Shown here piece by piece: positions 30,030 to 40,451 of a stretch of DNA of 64,000 nucleotides (its first letter is position 1; the number at the start of each line of letters is the position of its first letter). The position numbers and the translations under genes are program-made. Source of the stretch: Macrostomum lignano (taxonomy: Eukaryota); contig NIVC01002461.1 in the NCBI GenBank assembly GCA_002269645.1, forward strand, positions 48,384 through 112,383, written 5' to 3'. The notes under the pieces are model-generated. The model was not told the origin of the DNA and did not search any database. It saw only the letters and a list, made by a program, of their open reading frames with translations.

Positions 30030-30665
30030 CACAGGGGAGATAAGGACAGAGATAGAGACACACAGGAGAGATAAAAACAGAGATAGAGACACACAGGAGA
30101 GATAAAAACAGAGATAGAGACACACATGAGAGATAAGGACAGAGATAGAGACACACATGAGAGATAAGGACAGAGATAGAGACACACATGAGAGATAAGG
30201 ACAGAGATAGAGACACACATGAGAGATAAGGACAGATATAGAGACACACATGAGATATAAGGACAGAGATAGAGACACACATGAGAGATAAGGACAGAGA
30301 TAGAGACACACATGAGAGATAAGGACAGAGATAGAGACACACATGAGAGATAAGGACAGAGATAGAGACACACATGAGAGATAAGGACAGAGATAGAGAC
30401 ACACATGAGAGATAAGGACAGAGATAGAGACACACATGAGATATAAGGACAGAGATAGAGACACACATGAGAGATAAGGACAGAGATAGAGACACACATG
30501 AGAGATAAGGACAGAGATAGAGGCACACAGGAGAGATAAAAACAGAGATAGAGGCACACAGGAGAGATAAGGACAGAGACACACAGGAGAGATAAAAACA
30601 GAGATAGAGGCACACAGGAGAGATAAGGACAGAGATGGAGGCACACATGAGAGATAAGGACATAT
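30030..30665. repeat. 31-bp minisatellite
   Basis: Unit gagataaggacagagatagagacacacatga. Confidence 0.95.
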
Positions 30666-31239
30666 TTGTGAATATTTCTCATCAAACCAACTTCTGCACA
30701 AATTGCAAGCCAGATGCCAAGTCTGCATAAATGGGATTACAGATAATAAAAGTGAGCTGACTTCCATATCAGCTGACCCAATAACCGATCAATTAGCTGA
30801 CAAAGCGAGTAATATTTTAGCGGGCACAATGGACTTACTAACTTAATTATAGGTACATCAGTTATGCTTTTATGGTTAGTTTGGGGGTACATTGATCTAT
30901 TCTATAAATACTTGTGCCAACACAATTATGCCAAAATGAATTGCAACCAGATCTTATGCCCTCACTATGTCCTCGCAGAATGGTAATTCCTAGTACCGAG
31001 AATCAATGCCCCCCTCTCAAATCCCACCCAGGTTTGTTTGACTAGCCAAGGGCTTATTGCATTGCTCAGGGGAAATTGTGTGTTTGCTGGCTAGGCATCG
31101 GTTCTTCTGGTCAGAAAGAGGAAGATATTCCATATAGGTGAATTCTTGCGGCTCTGTTGCATACCGATAGTGCACTGAAGATTGAATTCTTGGATGGCTG
31201 ACTTCGGGAGTCTAGAAGTGGGTGAAACAATGAGTGAAC

Positions 31240-31795
31240 CAGTGAGATACTGAGTGAGACAGTGAGAGAATGAGTGCGACAGTGAGACACTGAGTGAGAC
31301 AGTGAGAGAATGAGTGAGACAGTGAGAGAATGAGTGAGACAGAGGGAGAATGAGTGAGACAGTGAGAGAATGAGTGAGACAGTGAGAGAATGAGTGAGAC
31401 AGAGGGAGAATGAGTGAGTGAGACAGTGAGAGAATGAGTGAGTGAGACAGTGAGAGAATGAGTGAGACAGTGAGATATTGAGTGAGACAGTGAGAAAATG
31501 AGTGAGACAGTGAGAGAATGAGTGAGACAGTGAGAGAATGAGTGAGACAGTTAGAGAATGAGTAAGACAGTGAGAGAATGAGTAAGACAGTGAGAGAATG
31601 AGTGAGACAGTGAGAGAATGAGTGAGACAGTGAGAGAATGAGTGAGACAGTGAGAGAATGAGTGAGACAGTGAGATATTGAGTGAGACAGTGAGAGAGTG
31701 AGTAAGACAGTGAGAGAATGAGTGAGACAGTTAGAGAATGAGTAAGACAGTGAGAGAATGAGTGAGACAGTGAGAGAATGAGTGAGACTGCAAGA
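31240..31795. repeat. 20-bp minisatellite
   Basis: Unit agtgagacagtgagagaatg; related to the reverse complement of the 11422 array. Confidence 0.93.
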
Positions 31796-32509
31796 TGAGT
31801 TAGTGCGTGTCAGTCACGAATGGTTAAAATGTGGGCAAGAAGTAGAATCCCATGTTACTTCAGTCGCAGGTGTCAAATAGAAATTTTTTAATGCTAAAGC
31901 GAATTTTGTCGGTGAGAATTTTGGGAAATTTTATTCCAACCAAAATCGCGCTTCCATCTCTGGGAAAAAGTATCAAATTCCCCAACTGAAAGCCTCATCA
32001 ACGCCCAGTTTCCTGCGGCAGAGCTGTAACGGGAGGAAAAATGCAAAAATGGGTGAAAATGTTCTCATACATGATATAGGATACAGGAAGTGCCAGAAGC
32101 CCGGCTGTCTGCTTCTGCTGGATCTGCTTTCCATTGTTTGACACTGACGGCCTTCCTTGGCTACGAGCGGTCTCAGGATTTGTACTTCTATATAATCGCA
32201 CCTGCACTCGTTAAACACAAGCCTATCAGATCCCACAAGAACAGTGTACTGCTGGGAGATTGTATCTATCCATGTCTCTGTGAGTCAATCATTATTTCCG
32301 CCTGAATGAACTGCAGTCAGTCAATTCAATCTGAGCTCTCTGTGCTCAGCTCACAGGAACAGGCCTATGAAATATTAAATAACTGCAGCATTGACCAACT
32401 GGGGTTGTGATGAATTTTACCACACTTTATTGTTGTTAAGACTGGGACATGCGGAGTTCATTGGCAACCTGTACCTGTCTGTTTCCTATATAGGCATAGG
32501 AGCGTGGAG

Positions 32510-33090
32510 TCACACTGTGACACACCAGAGAGTCACACTGTGAGACAGCCAGAGAGTCACACTGTGAGACAGCCAGAGAGTCACACTGTGAGACAGCCAG
32601 AAAGTCACACTGTGAGACAGCCATAGAGTCACACTGTGAGACAGCCAGAAAGTCACACTGTGAGACAGCCAGAGAGTCACACTGTGAGACAGCCATAGAG
32701 TCACACTGTGAGACAGCCAGAAAGTCACACTGTGAGACAGCCATAGAGTCACACTGTGAGACAGGCAGAGAGTCACACTGTGAGACAGCCAGAAAGTCAC
32801 ACTGTGAGACAGCCAGAAAGTCACACTGTGAGACAGCCATAGAGTCACACTGTGAGACAGGCAGAGAGTCACACGGTGAGACAAGCAGAGAGTCACACTA
32901 CTGTGACACAGCCAGAAAGTCACACTGTGAGACAGCCATAGAGTTACACTGCGAGACAGGCAGAGAGTCACACTGTGAGACAGCCAGAAAGTCACACTGT
33001 GAGACAGCCATAGAGTCACACTGTGAGACAAGCAGAGAGTCACACTGTGAGACAAGCAGAGAGTCACACTGTCAGACAGCCATAGAGTCA
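32510..33090. repeat. 24-bp minisatellite
   Basis: Unit agagtcacactgtgagacagccag and variants. Confidence 0.95.
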
Positions 33091-33095
33091 CTGCC

Positions 33096-34624
33096 ATGTC
33101 AACCCGAAGCGCACCCGCCTGCAGTGACTCATTCTATGACCCATTCTCAACGACTTGCGTCGATCGGTGTGTCGGCGACAGCTTCAACATTTCTGTGCTG
33201 ACGGTAGATGACGGAGAGATTAAAAGCAGAATCTGCAACAAGCCATCGTCGGCCGCTGATGGTGCAGCCTCGGAGACTGCATTGATTGTTGTGCTGCTTG
33301 TGGCAGTCGTGGGAGTTTCCCGTGAGTGTCACAAAGCATTTTTACAATTCTCCAATCCTCCAATCCCCAGCAGTCTCTTCCCTAATCCTCACAGTCTCTT
33401 CCCTAATCCGCCACAGTCTCTTCCCTAATCCCCCACAGTCTCTTCCCTAATCCCCCACAGTCTCTTCCCTAATCCCCCACAGTCTCTTCCTAATCCTCCA
33501 CAGTCTCTTCCCTAATCCCCCACAGTCTCTTCACTAATCCCCACGCTCTGTTCCCTAATCCCCCACAGTCTCTTCCCTAATCCCCCACAGTCTCTTCCCT
33601 AATCCCCCACAGTCTCTTCCCTAATCCCCACAGTCTCTTCACTAATCCCCCACAGTCTCTTCCCTAATCCCCACGCTCTGTTCCCTAATCCCCACAGTCT
33701 CTTCCCTAATCCCCACGCTCTGTTCCCTAATCCCCACAGTCTCTTCCCTAATCAGCAAAGCTTCATCTCCTCTCTACCCGAACCAACGCAGTGGCAGCCG
33801 CAGCCGTTCTGCTGTACCGCCGTCGACAGCATCGGAGGCGTCGGGAACAGGGACCAGTGAGCGACACGCAGGACAGCGTCAAAGGCGACGCAGACTCAGA
33901 AATGTACAAGTCTACAACTGCTAAAGTCTGCAACAAAAACATGGTCACCAGCAGCACCAGCAGCAGCAGCAGCAACAGCAAAAGCAACAATGTACCGCTG
34001 CCTCCGCCCTTGCCGCTGAGCACAGAAGCCGACTCCGATGACACAGCGGCAGTTACGGTGGCTGCCGCAAAGTCTGTCAGCCTGCAGAGCATTCTCGGTC
34101 AGTTGGACCTGCTCAGGCCGCACCTGACTGCCTTCAAGGCGATGCTCTGGGAGCTGGAGAAGTGCCTGGACTTCGGAGCGCTTGAGCAGCCGTCGGCGCT
34201 CAACGACTGTCGAGAGGCTCGCGACCGGCTCAAACGATCGGTAATGATGCTGGAAGGTCAAGCGGATGAAGCGCTGCTAAGCGACCAGCTGCGAGCTTAT
34301 AAAGCCTCCCAGCTGCTGTCGTGGAGCGAGCGCTGCCTGAAGCGGCACCTGGTGTCAGGGAAGACGTACGCTCCGCAGAGTCACGTGACAGCCTCCGTGG
34401 CCAGAAAAAACCCAAACCCCAGACAGCAGAAGCAGCAACGGAACAACCCGAAGCAGAGCCGGAAGAAAGTGCAGCCAGCCAGACGCGCTCAATCGCAGCA
34501 AGTCGCTCGCCAGCAGCAGCGGGAGGGCCTGAATCGCCTGCCAAGTTTTTTGCAGCCGACTTCGACGGTGAATATTCGAAGGGCCCAGTCGTTGAGAGAC
34601 GCTGAGATGTGCACTCAACTGTGA
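33096..34624 (+). CDS. 3' part of a type I membrane protein (Cys-containing ectodomain, TM split across an intron, helical cytoplasmic region); 5' exons unresolved
   Basis: Exon ~33125-33321 (CSDSFYDPFSTTCVDRC...LIVVLLVAVVGVS, donor cc|gtgagt) joins an exon from ~33792 (cag|, AAAAVLLYRRRQHRRR) to the stop at 34624. The intron is filled by a 22-bp array. Confidence 0.6.
33365..33755. repeat. 22-bp C-rich minisatellite (intronic)
   Basis: Unit acagtctcttccctaatccccc. Confidence 0.93.
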
Positions 34625-34948
34625 CCTCTGTATCTAGTATCAACTGGTCACCTTTTAATTTCACTATCAGCTTCTTGTACGAAACAAATATTTGCACTTT
34701 TTGAGTGCGAAAAGTACGCGTTTAACGATAAAGTGTTGGAACACACACAAGACGCGCAAAATTCGATAGTGAGAAAATTACAAAGAGTACAAAGTAAGTA
34801 TATACCCCCATAGCCTTATATGTACTGGTAGGTACATATTTTACAAAATTACATATATTACAAAAGTACATGCATTACAAAAGTACATAGCTCGTATATC
34901 ACAAAAGTACATATCCAACATAAGTGCCCAACACAAAATATCCATACA

Positions 34949-35272
34949 GGGGTAGCCGTGGCCCAGTGCTCTGTCGCGGCGCTCTGATGTGCCAGCGACC
35001 CAGGCTCGATTCCAAGTGCAGTCGCAATAATTTGGGGCTGAATTGGAATCTCGGCTTGGCTCTGCTCGTGCAATTAACGGCCTTGAGGGCCAACCCTCAA
35101 GGCGCAGTGAAGTGTACATGCCTATGACTGCGTATGACTGCGTACGTATCAGCGCGCTTGTGTGCCTGCTCAGGGGAGTCGGCAGAATGGGCAGTAATGC
35201 CTCTCGCCGGTTGTGTGACAATGTCGCTTAAAGTGCGCCAGGGTGCACAGACCCTGCCTCAAAAAATAAAAC
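34949..35272 (+). mobile_element. tRNA-derived SINE, family 2, copy 2
   Basis: Shares gtgccagcgacccaggctcgattccaagtgcagtcgca...ggcgcagtgaagtgtacatgccta...tgtcgcttaaagtgcgccagggtgca with the 29425 copy; A-rich tail. Confidence 0.75.
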
Positions 35273-36269
35273 ATGAACATACATCATGAAAGTACAAATA
35301 ACTTGAAACTCAAAATGAATTTCCAACTAGTCAAAGTTTTAATATCGCTGCTTATAGTCAACTGTTTCTCGTTTTCGGTGACTGCGTACGAGTACGAGCC
35401 GTACTGAAGTGCGTAGACAAAAATGAAAATAAAGAGTAAACTATTAATATAGTATGAAAGTAGATGTGCCTGTTTAAGGGGATGCATACTGCTTGATTTA
35501 AGTGCAGCCATCTGCAACAGAAGCAGCAGTTCCTGGTGCTTGCCTGTAGGATCCTGGCCGCTAAGCCGCAATAGGCTGCAGTATTTACAGAAAAGCTGCC
35601 ACTCAACAAATATGAGTTCGTTTAATCTCAGTGTTTGATTAAGCAGCACCGCTAGGAGAGGAGAGAGGAGAGGAGAGGAGAGGAGAGGAGAGGGGAGGAG
35701 TGGAGAGGAGAGGAGAGGAGAAGAGTGGAGAGGGCAGCGGTGAGAGAATCTGGAGCCTAACCTTACATGTCAATAAGGTGTAACGCTGTTCTTCATTTCT
35801 ATTCTCCTCTCGCAGAACCAGCTTTAAGGTGCGTGGGGCTTCTGAAGCGATTTGACAGGCCTGACAATATCAATAAACGTCAATCGCACTGTTTTAGAGC
35901 GCATGCACATTTGCTGTGTAAAAAACTGTTTACCAGCTTCAAATTGTACATGTAGTTTGCTGCCTCTGAGTAATTAAATACAGCTTTTGTCATACAGGTT
36001 AAGTCAACTAAGTTGACAATTCCCATTTATGGCAGCAAGTAGATAATTCTGACCTCTACTGCATGGAAGTCGGTGTTTAATCATTCAGATTTTAATGCGC
36101 TCAAAAATGCAATTTTAGTTTTTAAAACTGGAAGACAGGGTAAAGAGCTAGAATTACAAACTTGCTTGCTGTTTTTATTCTGGTCTTTATATCTATAGAC
36201 AAGACTAAGACCAAACAATTGAATTAGATGTACGCTCTGATCTCTAGACTATAAGCTGACAGAAAGAAT

Positions 36270-36404
36270 CTCGATAGCTCGGTTGCTGGGGTGGATAGCT
36301 TTGTTGCTAGGGTTACTAGCTCGGTTGCTATGAGTATATAGCTCGGTTGCTGGGGTGGATAGCTTGGTTGCTAGGGTTACTAGCTCGGTTGCTAGGGTTA
36401 CTAG
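36270..36404. repeat. tagctcggttgctaggg minisatellite, left part (interrupted by the LTR element)
   Basis: The same array resumes at 45045. Confidence 0.9.
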
Positions 36405-37237
36405 TGTGATGATGGGGCTCAAGGGCTCGGTCCTTTCGTGCCCCTTTCCCAGACCCGGGTTCGTGTACTGACCCTGGCTGCGGTCCTCCACTGACACGCG
36501 TACGACGCGGTGTCCGTCGGGACTAGGCTGCTCGAGCGTACGACGCACGACAGCCTACAGACTCGCGTACGACGCAGAGCTGCTTGGGGTGGGACCGGCG
36601 TACGACGCACTTAATCCCTCTAAGGTGCCTAGTACAGATGCAGACCCAAATGACGTGCAAATTGGAAGGCTTACCAGCCGCGATTTCAGTCGTACAAGAA
36701 ACAGCGCCGTCAGAGCAGTGGTGATCTCGATATTCTTTACTTATATATTTGTCTAGCAATTCTGCGAGGAATAGCAATTCAGCAACCAACGCTGGCACAA
36801 TCGCCGAGGAGCCACGACGACGACGAGAATGGGGTCTCAAGGGGGCCGAATAAATAGGCAGCAAACTGGGGGTTGAGGGCGCGGGATAAAGGCAGAAAAG
36901 GGGGCTTAGACATCAGCCAAGGCAACGCATGAGCTGTACCAGCCAATCGCCGGGGCGCAGCACGGCAGACTGGGACTGGCAGCCAATCACAAACAGGGGC
37001 GGGGCAGCAAAGCTAACAAAATAATGGGGCGGGGTCGCACAGGGGGGGGGGTCGCACGCAGAGCATGGGGGGTTGACTCAACAGAAAAGGTCTAGGCAGG
37101 GAGGGGAGGGGTACGCACGCGCAGAAGTGCAGGTGAGTGAGTCAGAAAATATCTAAGGAGGGGGAGGGGAGAGGACGGCCCACTGGCCCGGTGCAGCAAC
37201 TAAGCAAAGAGCACATTGTCATAACACATTCATGACA
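36405..37237 (-). repeat. 3' LTR (833 bp)
   Basis: Differs from the 5' LTR by 2 substitutions and 3 G-run indels by eye. Confidence 0.96.
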
Positions 37238-37249
37238 CTCCCTCCCCCT
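37238..37249 (-). other. Polypurine tract
   Basis: AGGGGGAGGGAG immediately 5' of the 3' LTR on the - strand. Confidence 0.9.
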
Positions 37250-37812
37250 AGACAAAAGTTCGAGTTCGAAAAGTCGAATATTGAAATGATGCTACTATAA
37301 CAAAAAAATTGAACAGAGGAACAAACCGCATTTGAAAAATATTTTGGACTCGCATGGCAACTAGTTCGAACAAAAAACAAAACCGCAGTGATTATACCGT
37401 TTAAAAATGACGAAGAAACCTTCAAACATAGGATAGTGAGTACGCATCATTGGGAAGCAAAACGCAAATTTTGGGAAAAACTCACTTTAACAAAAACGCT
37501 GAAGTTCAAAAAAAAACGCTAAATGTTCACAAAAAACAAAAAAATGAAACCGTCAAACATTTACCCTCACAAGTAATACTAGCACTGCTTCCCTGCATCC
37601 CGCCGAGTACGGCCGTCGCTCTGGTGCCTCGTCTCCCTGTCGCTACTGTCGCCGGTTGCTCTGGTCGCTCTGCGCTGGTCGTCGAGTCCTGCGGTTGCTG
37701 CACAGCCGTGTCGCTCCGTCAGCACCCGCTAAGGCCGGTCCATCTCCGCTCCGCTGTCCCTGGGTCTGCACTGCAAAGTCCCTAGCCCCAAAGTCCCTAG
37801 GAAGACATAGCC

Positions 37813-38799
37813 TCAGTCAGAGCACGAATCCCACAGCCTACGGAGGGCACCCAGGACCAAACCCTGGCGTCGCAGGTCGAACAGCGGGAACACCACCATC
37901 ACCGACATGTAGACAGCTTGACACGCTTGGCGACTCCACCGACGAACTCCGTGCCCCGGATACTTGCGACCGTCTCGCTCCAAGTAGCCCAGGATCTGCA
38001 GCATCAACTCCGGACCGAATTCCTTGAAATCCACCGAGGCAGTGGCGCACTTCCCCTTCAGGGCTAGCAGCACCTCAAAGATGCCCCACGGGTCGCCCTT
38101 TCGCATTGCCTGGTGCAGTTTCTTCCGACTGGGTCCTACGTTCTCCAGTTCCGCGACGGTCACTGGTCGGCACGGTCTGGTCTGAAGCCGGTACGCTCTC
38201 TGCAGGTATTCTTCAATCAGGTTTCTACATCCGGCACAATCTTCCTCCGCTTCCCATGACGTCTCAAGCTCCTCTACACCGGCCCACTGCAGCAGATACT
38301 CCGCTCCTCGCTCCGTGACTCGTACTCCTAAGACCTTCTCGACCTCGTACTCCTCCGGCAGTGTCTCACTCGCCTCGTTCATCTCTTCGTCCTGCTCATC
38401 GTCTGAGGCCTCCTCACTTGCCTCCATCTTGACGTGCTCCTCATCCCTCCTCGCCTGTTCTCTCTCGTACGCCTCCTCAGCTAATCGGTCGCTCTCTTGT
38501 AGTCTTTCTATCTCTTCTCGGAGATCGTCGGGCATGTCTTCATCCTCTAACATCCCTTCTGCGAGCCGAAGCATCTCATCCCGGTCACGAACAGCATTTC
38601 CAAAGATATCGTACAGCTTTCTAAGGAACGGACACGACAGTATTCGGTACGCCTCTTCGCACTCCTGGAATCTCTTCCGCGTCTCCTCTGTTGCGCTCTT
38701 GTCAGGGTGCAGTTCGCGTGCTCGACCGTAGAACGCTTTCCGAATCTGTGCCGCAGACGCCCACAGCTGCACTCCAAGACACTCGTAGAGGTCCGCCAT
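37813..38799 (-). CDS. Retrotransposon accessory protein: J-domain + acidic linker + chromodomain + unknown C-terminal domain, 328 aa
   Basis: aa 3-67: DLYECLGV..ASAAQIRKAF..ELHPDK..RFQECEEAYRILS..RKLYD. aa 149-200: EEYEVEKVL..EYLLQWAG..TSWEAEEDC..CRNLIEEY. Intact ATG-to-stop and intronless. Confidence 0.9.
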   Translation of the reverse strand: MADLYECLGVQLWASAAQIRKAFYGRARELHPDKSATEETRKRFQECEEAYRILSCPFLRKLYDIFGNAVRDRDEMLRLAEGMLEDEDMPDDLREEIERLQESDRLAEEAYEREQARRDEEHVKMEASEEASDDEQDEEMNEASETLPEEYEVEKVLGVRVTERGAEYLLQWAGVEELETSWEAEEDCAGCRNLIEEYLQRAYRLQTRPCRPVTVAELENVGPSRKKLHQAMRKGDPWGIFEVLLALKGKCATASVDFKEFGPELMLQILGYLERDGRKYPGHGVRRWSRQACQAVYMSVMVVFPLFDLRRQGLVLGALRRLWDSCSD

Positions 38800-38898
38800 C
38801 TGTAACAGTCCGGCCTAACTCCGATGAGCAATGAGACACGCACGACATGTACCTCCCTTCCCCCTTGGCTATCCAAGCGCCGTACACCGGACCCTTCT

Positions 38899-40451
38899 TC
38901 AGTAGTGGTACACCGGGACCCCAAACCGATCTGGCGGTCGCCGCAGACGTCTTGGTCGCCCTGCTTCCTCCTGTGCCGTCCTCACTTCCTGCTCGGGTAC
39001 GTTGGCGTCGTTCGGCTCTGCCTCATCCTCTTCGTCCTGCTCCTCGTCGTACCGCGCCTCATCGTCGTGCTCTTCTTCGTCATCGTCTGCTTCTCGACGC
39101 TCAGGTCCGGGCTCACAGTCTTCGGCCAGATTTCGGGTGTCCGGTGGAGCGTGATCTCTTGGATCTTGAAACCGCAGCTGAAGATCTTCAAACTCTTCAT
39201 CTTCCTGCTCGGATTCCTGGTCCTGCGGCCCTCGCGCTGCGGTCCACCTCTGGGTCTCGCCCCGTTGCACTCTCTGCCTTCGGCTTCGTCCAGCAGCGGA
39301 ATTACCACGTCGCGGCCTGGTTTTTCCCGAACTGGCCCTCCCAATTTCCTCTCCTGTCTCTTGATCGTCTGCCGCCTCCGTCTGAACCTGAACCGGCCGG
39401 AGATTGTTGAAGTGCACCACCTTGGTCTTCTGCGGCTGTGTCGGATCCTGCACTCGATACAACGCATCTGACAGCTTCTCCAGGACCTTCACTGGGCCGC
39501 GCCAGTTGATATGGAATTTGCTTTTCTCTCCCATCTCCAAGCACGGATAGTACAGCAAGACAGAGTCGCCCCTCTGAATCGCCTTGCCCTTCACTTTCCG
39601 ATCGTAGTTCATTTTCTGGCGTCGCTGAACCGTCTCGCGCCCTTCTCGAACGTGTTCATGGCATGAAGCAGGTTCTGCTGAATCTCTTGCACAAACAAGG
39701 GATAGCTGTCCGTCTTTCGCCTAAGGTCCTCTGGTTCGAATCCCAGCGGCATCTCCTGACCATGCAGCATGTAGTAGGGCGTGTAACCGGTGGACGCCTG
39801 GACCGTCGATCGATAAGCCATCAAGGCACTTGGCAGGTACTCCTCCCAGGCGTTCTGACCCTTCTGTACCAGATACGTGCGCAAACTGTTCTTCAGGAAC
39901 CCGTTAAATCGTTCCACCTGTCCGTTGCCACTCGGGTGGTAGGCGCTCGTCCTGGTCTTCTTCACACCCAACAGCTCGCACAGCTTCCTGACGATCCCCG
40001 ACTCAAAGTTCCTTCCTTGGTCTGAGTGAAGTACCCGGGGGCACCCGTGATTGGCAATCCAGCGTTCGAATAGCACCCTTGCGATCGTTGCCGCCTTCTG
40101 GTTCCGGATGGCATAAGCGTCAGGCCACTTTGAGAACGCATCTTGCACCGTGAGGATGTAGAAGTTTCCTTTCTTGCTCCGTGGCAACGGCCCGATGACG
40201 TCTGTCATCACGATATCGAATGGGCTTGAACTCGGAATCGGCTCCATCGGTGCAATTGGTTTCTTGCCAGCTTTGGCCTTGGTGCAGTCCAAACAGGCTT
40301 TTACGTGCTCTTCGACCTCGCGGCCAAGTCCCGGCCTCCAAAACGATTGCCGCACCTTCTCCTTGGTCTTGAAAATCCCAACGTGCCCTCCACTCCGTCC
40401 ACCATGAGCTTCTTCCAGCACCGCTCTCAGCATATTCCGTGGCAACACCAC
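38899..40451 (-). pseudogene. Integrase region of pol (frameshifted)
   Basis: HHCC finger (AHGG..GH..CLDC), D-D35-E (MTD, HSDQG, VER), WRGP motif and an acidic tail ending RRLRRPPDRFG. Frame changes near 40450 and 39660. Confidence 0.9.

Noticed and set aside
36249-36864. ORFs within the LTRs (99-113 aa, duplicated at 44125-44668)
   Set aside because: They use alternative starts, run across LTR boundaries and have no protein-like features.
37813-38799. Env glycoprotein interpretation of the third ORF
   Set aside because: No signal peptide, TM helix or furin site; the domains are cytosolic/nuclear types.
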